A DNA stretch of 46,226 nucleotides from Patescibacteria group bacterium (GTDB taxonomy: Bacteria; Patescibacteriota; Patescibacteriia; UBA10025; JAHIVO01). Shown one piece after another: positions 18,671 through 27,048 of the stretch (position 1 is the stretch's first letter; each line of letters opens with the position of its first letter). The stretch lies in contig JADFTK010000003.1 in NCBI GenBank assembly GCA_022560375.1, forward strand, positions 1 to 46,226, in the 5' to 3' direction. A program made the translations under genes and the position numbers. The notes beneath the pieces are model-generated. The model was not told the origin of the DNA. It did no database searches and worked only from the letters and a program-made list of their open reading frames with translations.

Positions 18671-19681
18671 TTATTTACGCCTATTTTTTCTCTTAGTAGT
18701 AATCTTTTTAGACTTTTTAATTCTAGATACTCGGATCAGTCCAGAACAAGGGATAATTTCAATCCCTTTTTTCTCTAGCTCATCTAAAAAGAGGTTCATG
18801 CCCAATGAATCCGAGGACATATGCCCGACCACGATAACATTGATGTGATGTTTTTCCGCCTCCTTCTTATGATCCTCCTTCATGTGCATGCCAATTATTG
18901 TCCCAATCCCAGCTTGGGCTAAACGGCCATACATTTCTTTTGACCCCTCGGTACCACCAGTTACTTCGGTAACCGCTATTTTGCCTGCGTACCGATCTTC
19001 ACTACCAGCGTACAACACCGGGCCAGATTTCAATTTAGTTGCAATTTGATACTCGGGGATATCATCAAAGAGTTTCATAATATCTCCCACGGTCTCAATA
19101 TTCTTTTGATGACGATCAATTAAATTCTTGAGAAAAGTAGCCACCATATTGTCTGAAGCTGTATGTACGCACATTAGAGGAAACCCCAAAAGATTAGCCG
19201 AGTCTATAACTCGCTGATGATTATACGGATCAATTGAACGTGAGACTTCACTCACCCTAATCTGCATCAAGGATTCAGCTATATTGATTGGCACACCATG
19301 CAAAGCCATAACCTCAGCCTGCAAATGCATAACCTCATGCAGTCCGGCCAGGGCAATGCCAATCGGGTGATGAGACATGACTAAATCAATTGGCTTACCG
19401 CCGTCTGTTAATTCCTTGGCTAATAATACCTCCTCAGTATCTAAATCAATACCAACTAACAACCTTTTTATCTGCTGGTCAGGATCTTTAGCGAAATACC
19501 TGGTATCAGAGTACGGATTGGTCAAATTTTCTTTATCATATGTTTTTTTCTCCTCAGCTGAAAGTTTTTCGTACTTCTCATTTTCTCTTTTTAGCTTCCT
19601 TCTGACTGCAGCTACGCCACGTAAATCATTTTGAGTACCAAGTTTTATAGCCAGCTCGTAAATTTGTTTGATAGTCATCAT
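18671..19681 (-). CDS. NIF3-like (DUF34) metal-binding protein
   Basis: NPYSDTR, VGID, SHHP, HTASDN, GMHM, GHMSSDSLGMN. Confidence 0.8.
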   Translation of the reverse strand: MMTIKQIYELAIKLGTQNDLRGVAAVRRKLKRENEKYEKLSAEEKKTYDKENLTNPYSDTRYFAKDPDQQIKRLLVGIDLDTEEVLLAKELTDGGKPIDLVMSHHPIGIALAGLHEVMHLQAEVMALHGVPINIAESLMQIRVSEVSRSIDPYNHQRVIDSANLLGFPLMCVHTASDNMVATFLKNLIDRHQKNIETVGDIMKLFDDIPEYQIATKLKSGPVLYAGSEDRYAGKIAVTEVTGGTEGSKEMYGRLAQAGIGTIIGMHMKEDHKKEAEKHHINVIVVGHMSSDSLGMNLFLDELEKKGIEIIPCSGLIRVSRIKKSKKITTKRKNRRK

Positions 19682-19742
19682 ATTTAATTTTTTTAGTTTT
19701 TAATTATTAATCGTAACGACATAATAACATTTTATTTACCCC

Positions 19743-19787
19743 TTGACAAGTTCCTCCACGCATGCTAATCTTGTCAGTTCTTTAATA
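19743..19787 (+). promoter_or_regulatory. Sigma70 promoter with a boxA-like sequence at the TSS
   Basis: TTGACA(19743)-17 bp-TAATCT with extended TG; GTTCTTTAATA at 19777. Confidence 0.7.
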
Positions 19788-19840
19788 TAAAAAGTTTTCT
19801 CCCCTTTAGTTAGTTTATTTTGGGGGGGAGGAAATAAACT

Positions 19841-20044
19841 ACAATAGCGGCCAGAATTTACACTTCACTTGCTAATTAGCAATGCTAAAGCTGCGCCCAA
19901 CGACCTGCAGTCACGACAAGCATGGGGGTTGTTTATAGGATTCTCGGGGTTTTTCTCTGATTCTTCCTATAAACAATCTTCTTGACTGCAGATCGTTAGG
20001 CGTATTATCATAAAGTGAACCTTAAATTCTGGCTATTATTTTGT
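19841..20044 (+). ncRNA. Rod-shaped structured RNA, 6S RNA-like candidate
   Basis: Nested stems 19849-19860/20023-20034, 19864-19870/20013-20019, 19892-19913/19983-20004, 19925-19940/19965-19980; central bubble; G-U pairs favour the + strand. Confidence 0.6.
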
Positions 20045-20093
20045 AAACAAGCTAGAGCACGTTGAAAATACAATACTCAATCAAGGAGGATTT

Positions 20094-20222
20094 ATGTTGG
20101 ATTGGGTCATCGAACACTGGTGGCAAAGTCTGCTAGGACTATTAGCCATTGCCTTTACCTACTTTTGGCTGTTCTGCATATTTCGCAGTTCAGGTAGGAG
20201 AACGCCGACTCAGAACAATTGA
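20094..20222 (+). CDS. 42-aa single-TM micropeptide (not in ORF track)
   Basis: AAGGAGGA SD; MLDWVIEHWWQSLLGLLAIAFTYFWLFCIFRSSGRRTPTQNN. Confidence 0.65.
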   Translation: MLDWVIEHWWQSLLGLLAIAFTYFWLFCIFRSSGRRTPTQNN

Positions 20223-20256
20223 AACAAAAATATAACTCTAACCAAAGGAGATTTTT

Positions 20257-20382
20257 ATGGGAGCCTGGATTCCTTATCTCGTACTCGTTGTATTCGTGGG
20301 ACTGCTAGCCTACGCCAAGTACCACAAGAACAACGCCAACATCAGACTGGGTGGAAACACTCAAAAAAACGGAGGTTCGTAA
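20257..20382 (+). CDS. 41-aa single-TM micropeptide (not in ORF track)
   Basis: AAAGGAG SD; MGAWIPYLVLVVFVGLLAYAKYHKNNANIRLGGNTQKNGGS. Confidence 0.65.
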   Translation: MGAWIPYLVLVVFVGLLAYAKYHKNNANIRLGGNTQKNGGS

Positions 20383-20383
20383 T

Positions 20384-20866
20384 ATGGATCCTCTCATGAA
20401 TGGTCTACACAATGGCACCTACATCGTCGTGATGTTATTGTCGTTGATTATCTACCACAAAGCCAAGCAAAGAGGCTGGATAATGTGGGGCTCGGTAATG
20501 GCCGTTCTTTTCACATTACTATCTTTCTCAGTGGGTGAAATGCACCTAGACTTTGCCAAGGATATCATGTCACTGGGTGGAGCCGAATATTCTAAGATGA
20601 TAATAACTGGATTTGGTCCGCTGGGAATCGTTATTACCTTAGGGCTAGTTATCCTGGCAGTGCTTAAAAAGAGGGGTGGCACTCCTATTCTTCGGGCAAA
20701 TGCCTGCTTGATGTTAATTGCAGGGCTGGCCACCGTTTCTGGCTCCTACTGGAATCACGCCTTCTCCAGTAAACCAGCAACAGCCATAGCGGTAACGCTA
20801 CAAGACTGGGCTGTTACTTTCCTATATTCCACGGGCGACTTTATTAGCTCAATTTCTTTGGGCTAG
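20384..20866 (+). CDS. Hypothetical multi-TM membrane protein (~160 aa)
   Basis: GGAGG SD before ATG 20384, 1 nt after the upstream stop; ~4 hydrophobic segments. Confidence 0.7.
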   Translation: MDPLMNGLHNGTYIVVMLLSLIIYHKAKQRGWIMWGSVMAVLFTLLSFSVGEMHLDFAKDIMSLGGAEYSKMIITGFGPLGIVITLGLVILAVLKKRGGTPILRANACLMLIAGLATVSGSYWNHAFSSKPATAIAVTLQDWAVTFLYSTGDFISSISLG

Positions 20867-20969
20867 TACTCTCCTACTAACCTTTAACACTAAAGGTTAC
20901 GCACATGGCACGTTGTCTATAGCGACGACCTTTTCCATAGGATTGGAAAAACAATGTACCTACCACAAT

Positions 20970-21010
20970 AAAACCCCCTTCACAATCATGTGACTGGGGG
21001 TTTTCTTTTT
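20970..21010. terminator. Bidirectional terminator
   Basis: AAAACCCCC..TCACA/TGTGA..GGGGGTTTT plus T-run. Confidence 0.75.
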
Positions 21011-21020
21011 TGTGCCAAAA

Positions 21021-22865
21021 TTATTGTGCCCCGCCAATCGCTTCTACATCTGGGTTGATCTCTTCAACCCCAATCAAACAAACTTCCTGCCACGGTACGT
21101 AATGGCTACGAAACTCATCCAGATTGGTGGTTCCATCGGCGTACGTAATAGTCCTGGTAAAAACAGTATCCACACCATCGTGAGCACGCTCCGTACATTT
21201 TTTCACCCCCGGGGCTAAATCTGTAGTTTCAATCAGTTTAGCTGGGGGGGGTTTCACAATATTAAAAACACGAGGTTTAGTTTGCTCTACCTGGCGACCA
21301 TCAGCCGTTCCATAGAATCTAAATACTAAATCATCGCCGTCAATTTCAGTGGTAAGTAATACATGGTTTTCAGTATCATTAATAAATTTAAAATCAGGTG
21401 CTGGGTCATAAATGGTGGCATCAGTCCCAACCGGCTCATAATAAGCCACTCGATAAGAATGATTGCGACGGGCCGTGACATCCAATCCCGCATCTAATAC
21501 CGCACGAAAGGTAGTGGTGCTAACCTGGCATAAACCCCCACCATACTCTGGGATTGTTTTATTCCCTTTGATGACTAGCTCCTGCCGGTAACCAGAAGAA
21601 GCATCAATTTCACCCAACGCCCCAATTAATGAAAATTCCTCTCCCGGGGCAATTAATAGCCCATTAAGAGCAGCTGCACCAATCGCTATATTATGACGAC
21701 GGTTTGCTGGACTACCAGTAAAATTTGAGCGGCCCTCACCCAGCAGTTCCTTAATACCTAAATCATTAACCTCCCCATCCACTGACTCCGGCTCTACTTC
21801 AGCCACTATTAAATCAATGGCTTTAACACCGACTTGGACGATTTTTTGATCTACTTGCTGGGCAGTTGAGAATATCTGCAAGGCCAACCCTTGCTGGGGT
21901 AGTTGAAATTCGCTAACTCTACCATCAGCTATGGAGAATTTTGCTTCTTTCACCTCGACATCAATTTCCGCAGCGATGTCCTCTAAATATTGGTAGAACA
22001 TTTCGCTATTTAGACCTACCGTAACCAGACTATCTACTTTTCGTAATTCTAGCCACTCCTGAACCTGATCGTAAGTTATGGGCCAGGATTTGTCCTCGTA
22101 GACGAGGCTAAACGGAGCTGCCGCCAATACTTGATTAGCGGTAGCCAGGGCAGCCTCGGCAGATGACTGGGTAATATCCGGCACATCTTTATTTAAAGCC
22201 ATAAAGACGGGGCCGTCCTCCAATTTTGTTAATATATCTACTAATTGATTGACGGCCGCGTCGTAGTCAAAGGCTGTGCCACTCGCTTCTGGGGAAGTAG
22301 TAATATTTCCCTCATCATCAATGACGATAGCCGCATCAATAGCTGGCGTTTCATACTGCCCTAGTTCTTCTTGGAGAGATTCAATAAGGACCGTAGATTC
22401 TACCACCAAGACTGGTTTTACTTGCCAGCCTGTTACCCAATTAAAAATATGCTCCATCTCGCTTTGCTGCAGGCTATCAGCAAGTAATTGATCAATGGTA
22501 GCGTCAACATCATAGAATATGATAGGTAAGGCTAACTCAGAATTTGCCTGGTCGCCAACGATTGACTGTATAGCATAAATTTTATTATTAAAGCTAATAG
22601 TAATATCTCGATCCGCTAGGGCATTAGTCGCCTCTACCAAAATATCCTTAGCTTGCTCATAGGTCATGCCGCTTAGATCGATATTACCAATGCTAGTACC
22701 GGGGAAAATTTTATTAGCATAGCGGGCATTAAAGGAAAACACAAAAATAATTGTAGCGGCGCCCACGAATAGCAAGCTGGCCAGGGTAATCAGAACACCT
22801 CGCTGACCACTCGGCTGGGATGCTCCCTTCGTACTTTTTCTCTTTTGTTTTTTATTATGTCTCAT
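21021..22865 (-). CDS. VanW-family protein with PG_binding_4 repeats
   Basis: N-terminal TM; IDLSGMT.EQA; RRHNI..GA..LNG.LI.PGEEFS; GGGLCQVSTT.F; RRNHSY; GTDATIY. Confidence 0.9.
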   Translation of the reverse strand: MRHNKKQKRKSTKGASQPSGQRGVLITLASLLFVGAATIIFVFSFNARYANKIFPGTSIGNIDLSGMTYEQAKDILVEATNALADRDITISFNNKIYAIQSIVGDQANSELALPIIFYDVDATIDQLLADSLQQSEMEHIFNWVTGWQVKPVLVVESTVLIESLQEELGQYETPAIDAAIVIDDEGNITTSPEASGTAFDYDAAVNQLVDILTKLEDGPVFMALNKDVPDITQSSAEAALATANQVLAAAPFSLVYEDKSWPITYDQVQEWLELRKVDSLVTVGLNSEMFYQYLEDIAAEIDVEVKEAKFSIADGRVSEFQLPQQGLALQIFSTAQQVDQKIVQVGVKAIDLIVAEVEPESVDGEVNDLGIKELLGEGRSNFTGSPANRRHNIAIGAAALNGLLIAPGEEFSLIGALGEIDASSGYRQELVIKGNKTIPEYGGGLCQVSTTTFRAVLDAGLDVTARRNHSYRVAYYEPVGTDATIYDPAPDFKFINDTENHVLLTTEIDGDDLVFRFYGTADGRQVEQTKPRVFNIVKPPPAKLIETTDLAPGVKKCTERAHDGVDTVFTRTITYADGTTNLDEFRSHYVPWQEVCLIGVEEINPDVEAIGGAQ

Positions 22866-22935
22866 AAAAAAATGATGGGCACTTAAAAAATATCAGAAAA
22901 ATTCTTCCGAAAGTATAAAAAATTAATTATATTAC

Positions 22936-23169
22936 TCAGCCAGCTAATATAGTATTTAATACATCTCGCGCCAGTTGTTCACGAGCGGCCTTTTCTGACT
23001 TGGCTGTAGAAGCAATGAGTCTTACTGTAGAGCCTTCATGAATATCCCCAGGCAGCTCTTTAATAGGCCATCTGATTATCTGGCCGTCATCCGATTCTAG
23101 AATGGCTAAGGTGCCTTCAAATTTTATTACCTTCGCTTTGAGCTGATAGACTTGCCCCGCGCTAGACAT
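22936..23169 (-). CDS. Small hypothetical protein (DUF3006-like)
   Basis: VIKFEGTLAIL...WP...LP..IHEGS pattern. Confidence 0.6.
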   Translation of the reverse strand: MSSAGQVYQLKAKVIKFEGTLAILESDDGQIIRWPIKELPGDIHEGSTVRLIASTAKSEKAAREQLARDVLNTILAG

Positions 23170-23174
23170 GATGC

Positions 23175-23645
23175 TTATTCCTCTTGGACCTTAACTACAG
23201 TCACCTTGTTGACCTTGGTCGCTTTGGGCAAGGTAATAGTTAAGACGCCATTTTTTATAGTAGCGTTAATTTTATCTATTTTTACTTCGCAGGGTAATAT
23301 AATAGACCGGGAGAATCCCCCCCAATAGCATTCTCGATAAAAATAGTCGCCCTCTTCTACCTCGTGCTCTTTTTCCCTTTTGCCACGGATAGTGATCATA
23401 TCATTATTTATGGAGATATCTATTTCTTCAGGTTTCACTCCAGCGATGGTAGATTTGATAATTATATCATCCTTAGACTGATAAACATCGACGGCCAGCT
23501 GTCCAGAAAAATCCTCTTCATCAAGCCAATCCTTATTATTGGTTTTGGCCTCGGTTATCGTGCCATTGCCTGATGGCCCAACATCATTAGCAAAATCATA
23601 TTTATATTCATCACTAGATTTTTTTTCTTTGGTATTAGTAACCAT
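23175..23645 (-). CDS. Hsp20/alpha-crystallin small heat shock protein
   Basis: VDVYQ, AGVKPEEIDI, ITIRGKR, ECYWGGFSRSI.LP, KNGVLTITLPK. Confidence 0.93.
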   Translation of the reverse strand: MVTNTKEKKSSDEYKYDFANDVGPSGNGTITEAKTNNKDWLDEEDFSGQLAVDVYQSKDDIIIKSTIAGVKPEEIDISINNDMITIRGKREKEHEVEEGDYFYRECYWGGFSRSIILPCEVKIDKINATIKNGVLTITLPKATKVNKVTVVKVQEE

Positions 23646-23786
23646 ATTTTATTACCGTCAGTAATTACCGTATTTTCTTATATTATAGTATAAAATGTTT
23701 TACTTGACAACCAGTAATAATTGACGAGAAACTTTTTTTACGTTACTATTGCTGATACTTACAATTTTTTCTATACAGTTCAACAT

Positions 23787-23832
23787 GGCGCCTTCGTCTT
23801 CAGGCAGAGCCTGATCCGGCTACGCCGGAAGC
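23787..23832 (+). repeat. Copy of the tRNA-Glu 5' end interrupted by a 30-nt double palindrome
   Basis: GGCGCCTTCGTCT[TCAGGC-AGA-GCCTGA TCCGGC-TAC-GCCGGA]AGC versus tRNA GGCGCCTTCGTCTAGC. Confidence 0.8.
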
Positions 23833-23850
23833 TTAATTTACGAAACAACT

Positions 23851-24090
23851 ATGTATTACGTGTATATTCTAAAAAGTGTAATGAATAACCGTTTATATAT
23901 TGGAAGCACTAATGACGTTAATCGTAGAATTTTAGAACATAACAATGGAAATGTTAGTTCTACAAAAGCCTATATACCTTATAAATTAATTAAAATAGAA
24001 AAGTTTTTAAATAAAAAAGGCGCACTTAAAAGAGAATTTCAGATTAAAAAATCAGGGATACTTCGCCAGCAATTAAAACAACTTAATTAA
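23851..24090 (+). CDS. Small stand-alone GIY-YIG nuclease
   Basis: YYVYIL...LYIGST..V.RRI.EHN.G...STK...P...E......A..RE..IK. Confidence 0.9.
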   Translation: MYYVYILKSVMNNRLYIGSTNDVNRRILEHNNGNVSSTKAYIPYKLIKIEKFLNKKGALKREFQIKKSGILRQQLKQLN

Positions 24091-24101
24091 CCATAACCTA
24101 T

Positions 24102-24179
24102 GGCGCCTTCGTCTAGCCTGGTCCAGGACACCACGCTTTCAATGTGGTAACACGGGTTCAAATCCCGTAGGCGCTACCA
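24102..24179 (+). tRNA. tRNA-Glu (TTC)
   Basis: Acceptor GGCGCCT/AGGCGCT, anticodon arm CCACG-CTTTCAA-TGTGG, T-loop GGTTCAAATCC, encoded CCA. Confidence 0.93.
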
Positions 24180-24322
24180 TATTTAACACGAGGTTTTTTT
24201 ATCAGCCTAGCCCTAACAGGTAAGGATTTGAACGGGCAGAAGTGAGACAACCCTGAGTGAAGTCGAACGGGCAGTCGAACGTCGATGGGGTGCCGGTGGC
24301 ACGCCAACGCTGCCCAGGACGA

Positions 24323-24342
24323 AAATCCCGTAGGCGCTACCA
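24323..24342 (+). repeat. Direct repeat of the tRNA-Glu 3' 20 nt (att-like)
   Basis: AAATCCCGTAGGCGCTACCA identical to 24160-24179. Confidence 0.85.
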
Positions 24343-24380
24343 AAAAATAAAACTCCCGGCTTTAAATATATCAGGGGGCT

Positions 24381-25190
24381 TTAATTATTAGACTTTTTTT
24401 TGGCCCCAAAAAATATTACACCACCAAACACAACTACCCCGACAACTATTAATCCGATACCTAAGGCGGAGGAACTACCATTTGGCTCGTCGGTACTTGC
24501 ATCCGCCACTGCTACATTGAGCTGGTTATTAGCATTTGGCAAGGTAGTTTTTTTATTTATATCTGTGCTGACATCAGTTGAAGCCGATTGATTAGTGGAA
24601 CCATTAACTGTCCGGGGTTCATCCTGACTTAGCTCTAGCTCATTAACGGCCTCTGCTTCAGCTACTGGATCAGTGACAGCAGGGGTACTAGTCTCAGTTG
24701 TTGTCGTACTAGTATTTGTCGTGGCCGATTGACTGGTGTTGACGCTAGTGGTGTTGGTGTTGGTTGTACCAGTGTTAGTATTAGTGGTTGTTGAAGTATT
24801 GGTGTTAGTCGAGGAGTTAGTGTTTGTTACTACAGGCGCAGCTTGAACAGTCAAAGTTCCTCTCATGCCGCCATGGCCTTGACCACAAGCCACATTACAG
24901 AAAAAAGAGTAGGTGCCTGCCTTATTCGCGGTGAAGGTTGCACTGGCAGTTACTCCTGGCGATAGGGGTATATTTACCCCAAACTGACTAATCGCTAACC
25001 CATGACTTACGTCTACACTGGTCACATTAAGCGTTACCACGTCTCCTTCCGTGACCGTAATAGTGCTGGGAGTAAATGACCACTGCTTAGCTGTAATATT
25101 AAATGATCGGCTAGCCGCATCCGCTGACAAGGGTGAGAATAGTAAAACAAAAAATGGTATTAATAATACTGGTGCCAGACGCTTGATCAT
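24381..25190 (-). CDS. Cupredoxin (CuA-motif) surface protein with Thr-rich stalk and C-terminal TM anchor
   Basis: Signal peptide; AKQWSF.P, DVSHG, CNVACGQGHGGM; poly-T/N linker; TM plus KKK tail. Confidence 0.85.
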   Translation of the reverse strand: MIKRLAPVLLIPFFVLLFSPLSADAASRSFNITAKQWSFTPSTITVTEGDVVTLNVTSVDVSHGLAISQFGVNIPLSPGVTASATFTANKAGTYSFFCNVACGQGHGGMRGTLTVQAAPVVTNTNSSTNTNTSTTTNTNTGTTNTNTTSVNTSQSATTNTSTTTTETSTPAVTDPVAEAEAVNELELSQDEPRTVNGSTNQSASTDVSTDINKKTTLPNANNQLNVAVADASTDEPNGSSSALGIGLIVVGVVVFGGVIFFGAKKKSNN

Positions 25191-25360
25191 ATTTTTATCA
25201 CTTTACGGATTAGCCCTAATTCTTAGTAAGATAATACAACTATAACATATTATTAATTTAATTTATAACTCATGCTATCAAAACACTTCACCAAAACCTC
25301 GGGCCGTTTTGACTATTTTATAGGTTAGCCAAAAAGTAATTGTCAATCTATAATACAATT

Positions 25361-25996
25361 ATGAACAACTTTCTATCATATGAAAAAAATAAACAGGGAT
25401 TACTAAACAAAATTAAACTATTTTCAAAAGGCCAACAAGACAATATAAAAAAGGCAATGGAGGTTGCTGAACACTACCATACCGGCCAAATAAGGGATCA
25501 AAAAAGGGATGATGGCGGAGTTACCAAAGCAAAATACGTCATTCATTGTGTCCGGGCAGCGCTTTGGTTAATCCAAGAAGGAGTTAATGACATAAATATT
25601 ATTATAGCCACAATTTTACACGACTCATTAGAAGATACCTCTATTACCGAGAAAGAGATAAAAAAATTATTTGGTGATGATGTGCTAAAATTAGTTGTCG
25701 GGGTTACCCGACCCAGAGCTAATAATGAAACCGAGGCAGATAAACTTACTACTAAACCAGCCAACTACCAAAAAATACTAAATAGTGATGGGAGGATAAG
25801 GTTAATAAAAACAGCTGATCTGCTGGATAACATGCGGTCTTGGATATATCTACCAGATGATCATCCTTTTCAAAAGAAAATCCCTAGGTGGCTTCAGGAA
25901 GCCGAAAACTACAGCCTGCCCCTAGCTGAATCGGTGAACCAAAATGCAGCCCAGGAAATGAATAAAATATTAAATAATTATTTACCTAAAAATTAA
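25361..25996 (+). CDS. HD-domain (p)ppGpp hydrolase-like protein (small alarmone hydrolase)
   Basis: HTGQIR, YVIH, LHDSLEDT, FG..V..LV.GVT, IKTADLLDNMR; no synthetase domain. Confidence 0.8.
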   Translation: MNNFLSYEKNKQGLLNKIKLFSKGQQDNIKKAMEVAEHYHTGQIRDQKRDDGGVTKAKYVIHCVRAALWLIQEGVNDINIIIATILHDSLEDTSITEKEIKKLFGDDVLKLVVGVTRPRANNETEADKLTTKPANYQKILNSDGRIRLIKTADLLDNMRSWIYLPDDHPFQKKIPRWLQEAENYSLPLAESVNQNAAQEMNKILNNYLPKN

Positions 25997-25998
25997 CA

Positions 25999-27018
25999 AT
26001 GATAATTCTTGGCATTGAAACATCATGCGATGATACTGCAGTTAGCCTCATCCGTGGGACAAAAAATAAGCTTACTATATTATCCCACATCGTCTCCTCT
26101 CAAATAATGACGCACCGCAAATATGGCGGAGTAGTGCCGGAAGTGGCCGCCCGCCGACATGTCATAAATATTATTCCGACGCTAGATTCCGCCTTACGCC
26201 AAGCCAAAATATCATCTGATAAAATTGACGTCATCGCTGTGACCAGAGGTCCGGGTCTGGTAACCTCTTTAAGGGTGGGGGTTCAAACAGCCAAGGTGTT
26301 AGCTTTCGCCTGGAGGAAAAAAATTATTGGAGTCAACCATATGGAAGGACACATATACGCTAATTGGTTAGGCCGCCATAAAATTTCATTACCCGCTCTC
26401 TGCCTCATTGTCTCGGGAGGGCATACCGAGCTAATCCTCATGAAAAACCACGGGCAATATAAATTAGTCGGCCAAACTAGAGACGATGCGGCCGGGGAAG
26501 CCTTTGACAAAGTCGCCAAACTCATAGGTCTCAAATATCCGGGGGGTCCGCTTATCCAAAAACTGGCCAAGCAAGGCAACGCTAACCGCTTCAATTTCCC
26601 CCGGCCCATGCTATATCAAAAAAATTATGACTTTAGTTTTTCTGGCCTAAAAACAGCAGTACTTTATTTAGTAAAAAAAGAATTCTCAGAAAAAAAACTT
26701 CCCCTGGCTGATATCTGCGCGAGTTTTCAGCAGGCCGTTATCGACGTGTTGGTAAAAAAAACAATTAGGGCCGCTAAAAAACTAAACGTGAAAACTATAA
26801 TATTAGCTGGCGGCGTGGCGGCTAATGATCCCTTGCGGCAGCAGCTGGCCTCAGCTGTCAATAATGAACTTGAATTAACGAAATATATAAGCCCACCCCT
26901 GGATCTATGTACGGATAATGCCAGCATGATAGCCATGGCTGGCTTTTTCCACGCTATCAAGAAAGACTATAGCGACTGGCATCAGCTCGAAGCTGACCCC
27001 AACTGGGAGCTGGTCTAA
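25999..27018 (+). CDS. tsaD: t6A tRNA modification transferase TsaD
   Basis: LGIETSCDDT, GGVVPEVAARRH, NHMEGH, VSGGHT, DDAAGEAFDK, FSFSGLKT, TDNASMIA. Confidence 0.97.
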   Translation: MIILGIETSCDDTAVSLIRGTKNKLTILSHIVSSQIMTHRKYGGVVPEVAARRHVINIIPTLDSALRQAKISSDKIDVIAVTRGPGLVTSLRVGVQTAKVLAFAWRKKIIGVNHMEGHIYANWLGRHKISLPALCLIVSGGHTELILMKNHGQYKLVGQTRDDAAGEAFDKVAKLIGLKYPGGPLIQKLAKQGNANRFNFPRPMLYQKNYDFSFSGLKTAVLYLVKKEFSEKKLPLADICASFQQAVIDVLVKKTIRAAKKLNVKTIILAGGVAANDPLRQQLASAVNNELELTKYISPPLDLCTDNASMIAMAGFFHAIKKDYSDWHQLEADPNWELV

Positions 27019-27048
27019 ATACTTGATATAATATACAATGAAGAGCTT

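Noticed and set aside
19841-20044. Retron msr-msd, SRP RNA, RNase P RNA or tmRNA
   Set aside because: No reverse transcriptase in the window, and the signature motifs of SRP, RNase P and tmRNA are absent
23787-24179. tRNA split by a group I intron with a homing endonuclease
   Set aside because: The downstream tRNA is complete by itself and no group I core is visible around the GIY-YIG gene
24158-24343. 61-aa minus-strand ORF MVAPTGF...
   Set aside because: Antisense translation of the tRNA 3'-end repeats, a classic false ORF
24690-24830. GTGTTAGT/GTTGGT-like short repeats
   Set aside because: Explained by the Thr/Asn linker codons of the cupredoxin protein; not CRISPR or VNTR
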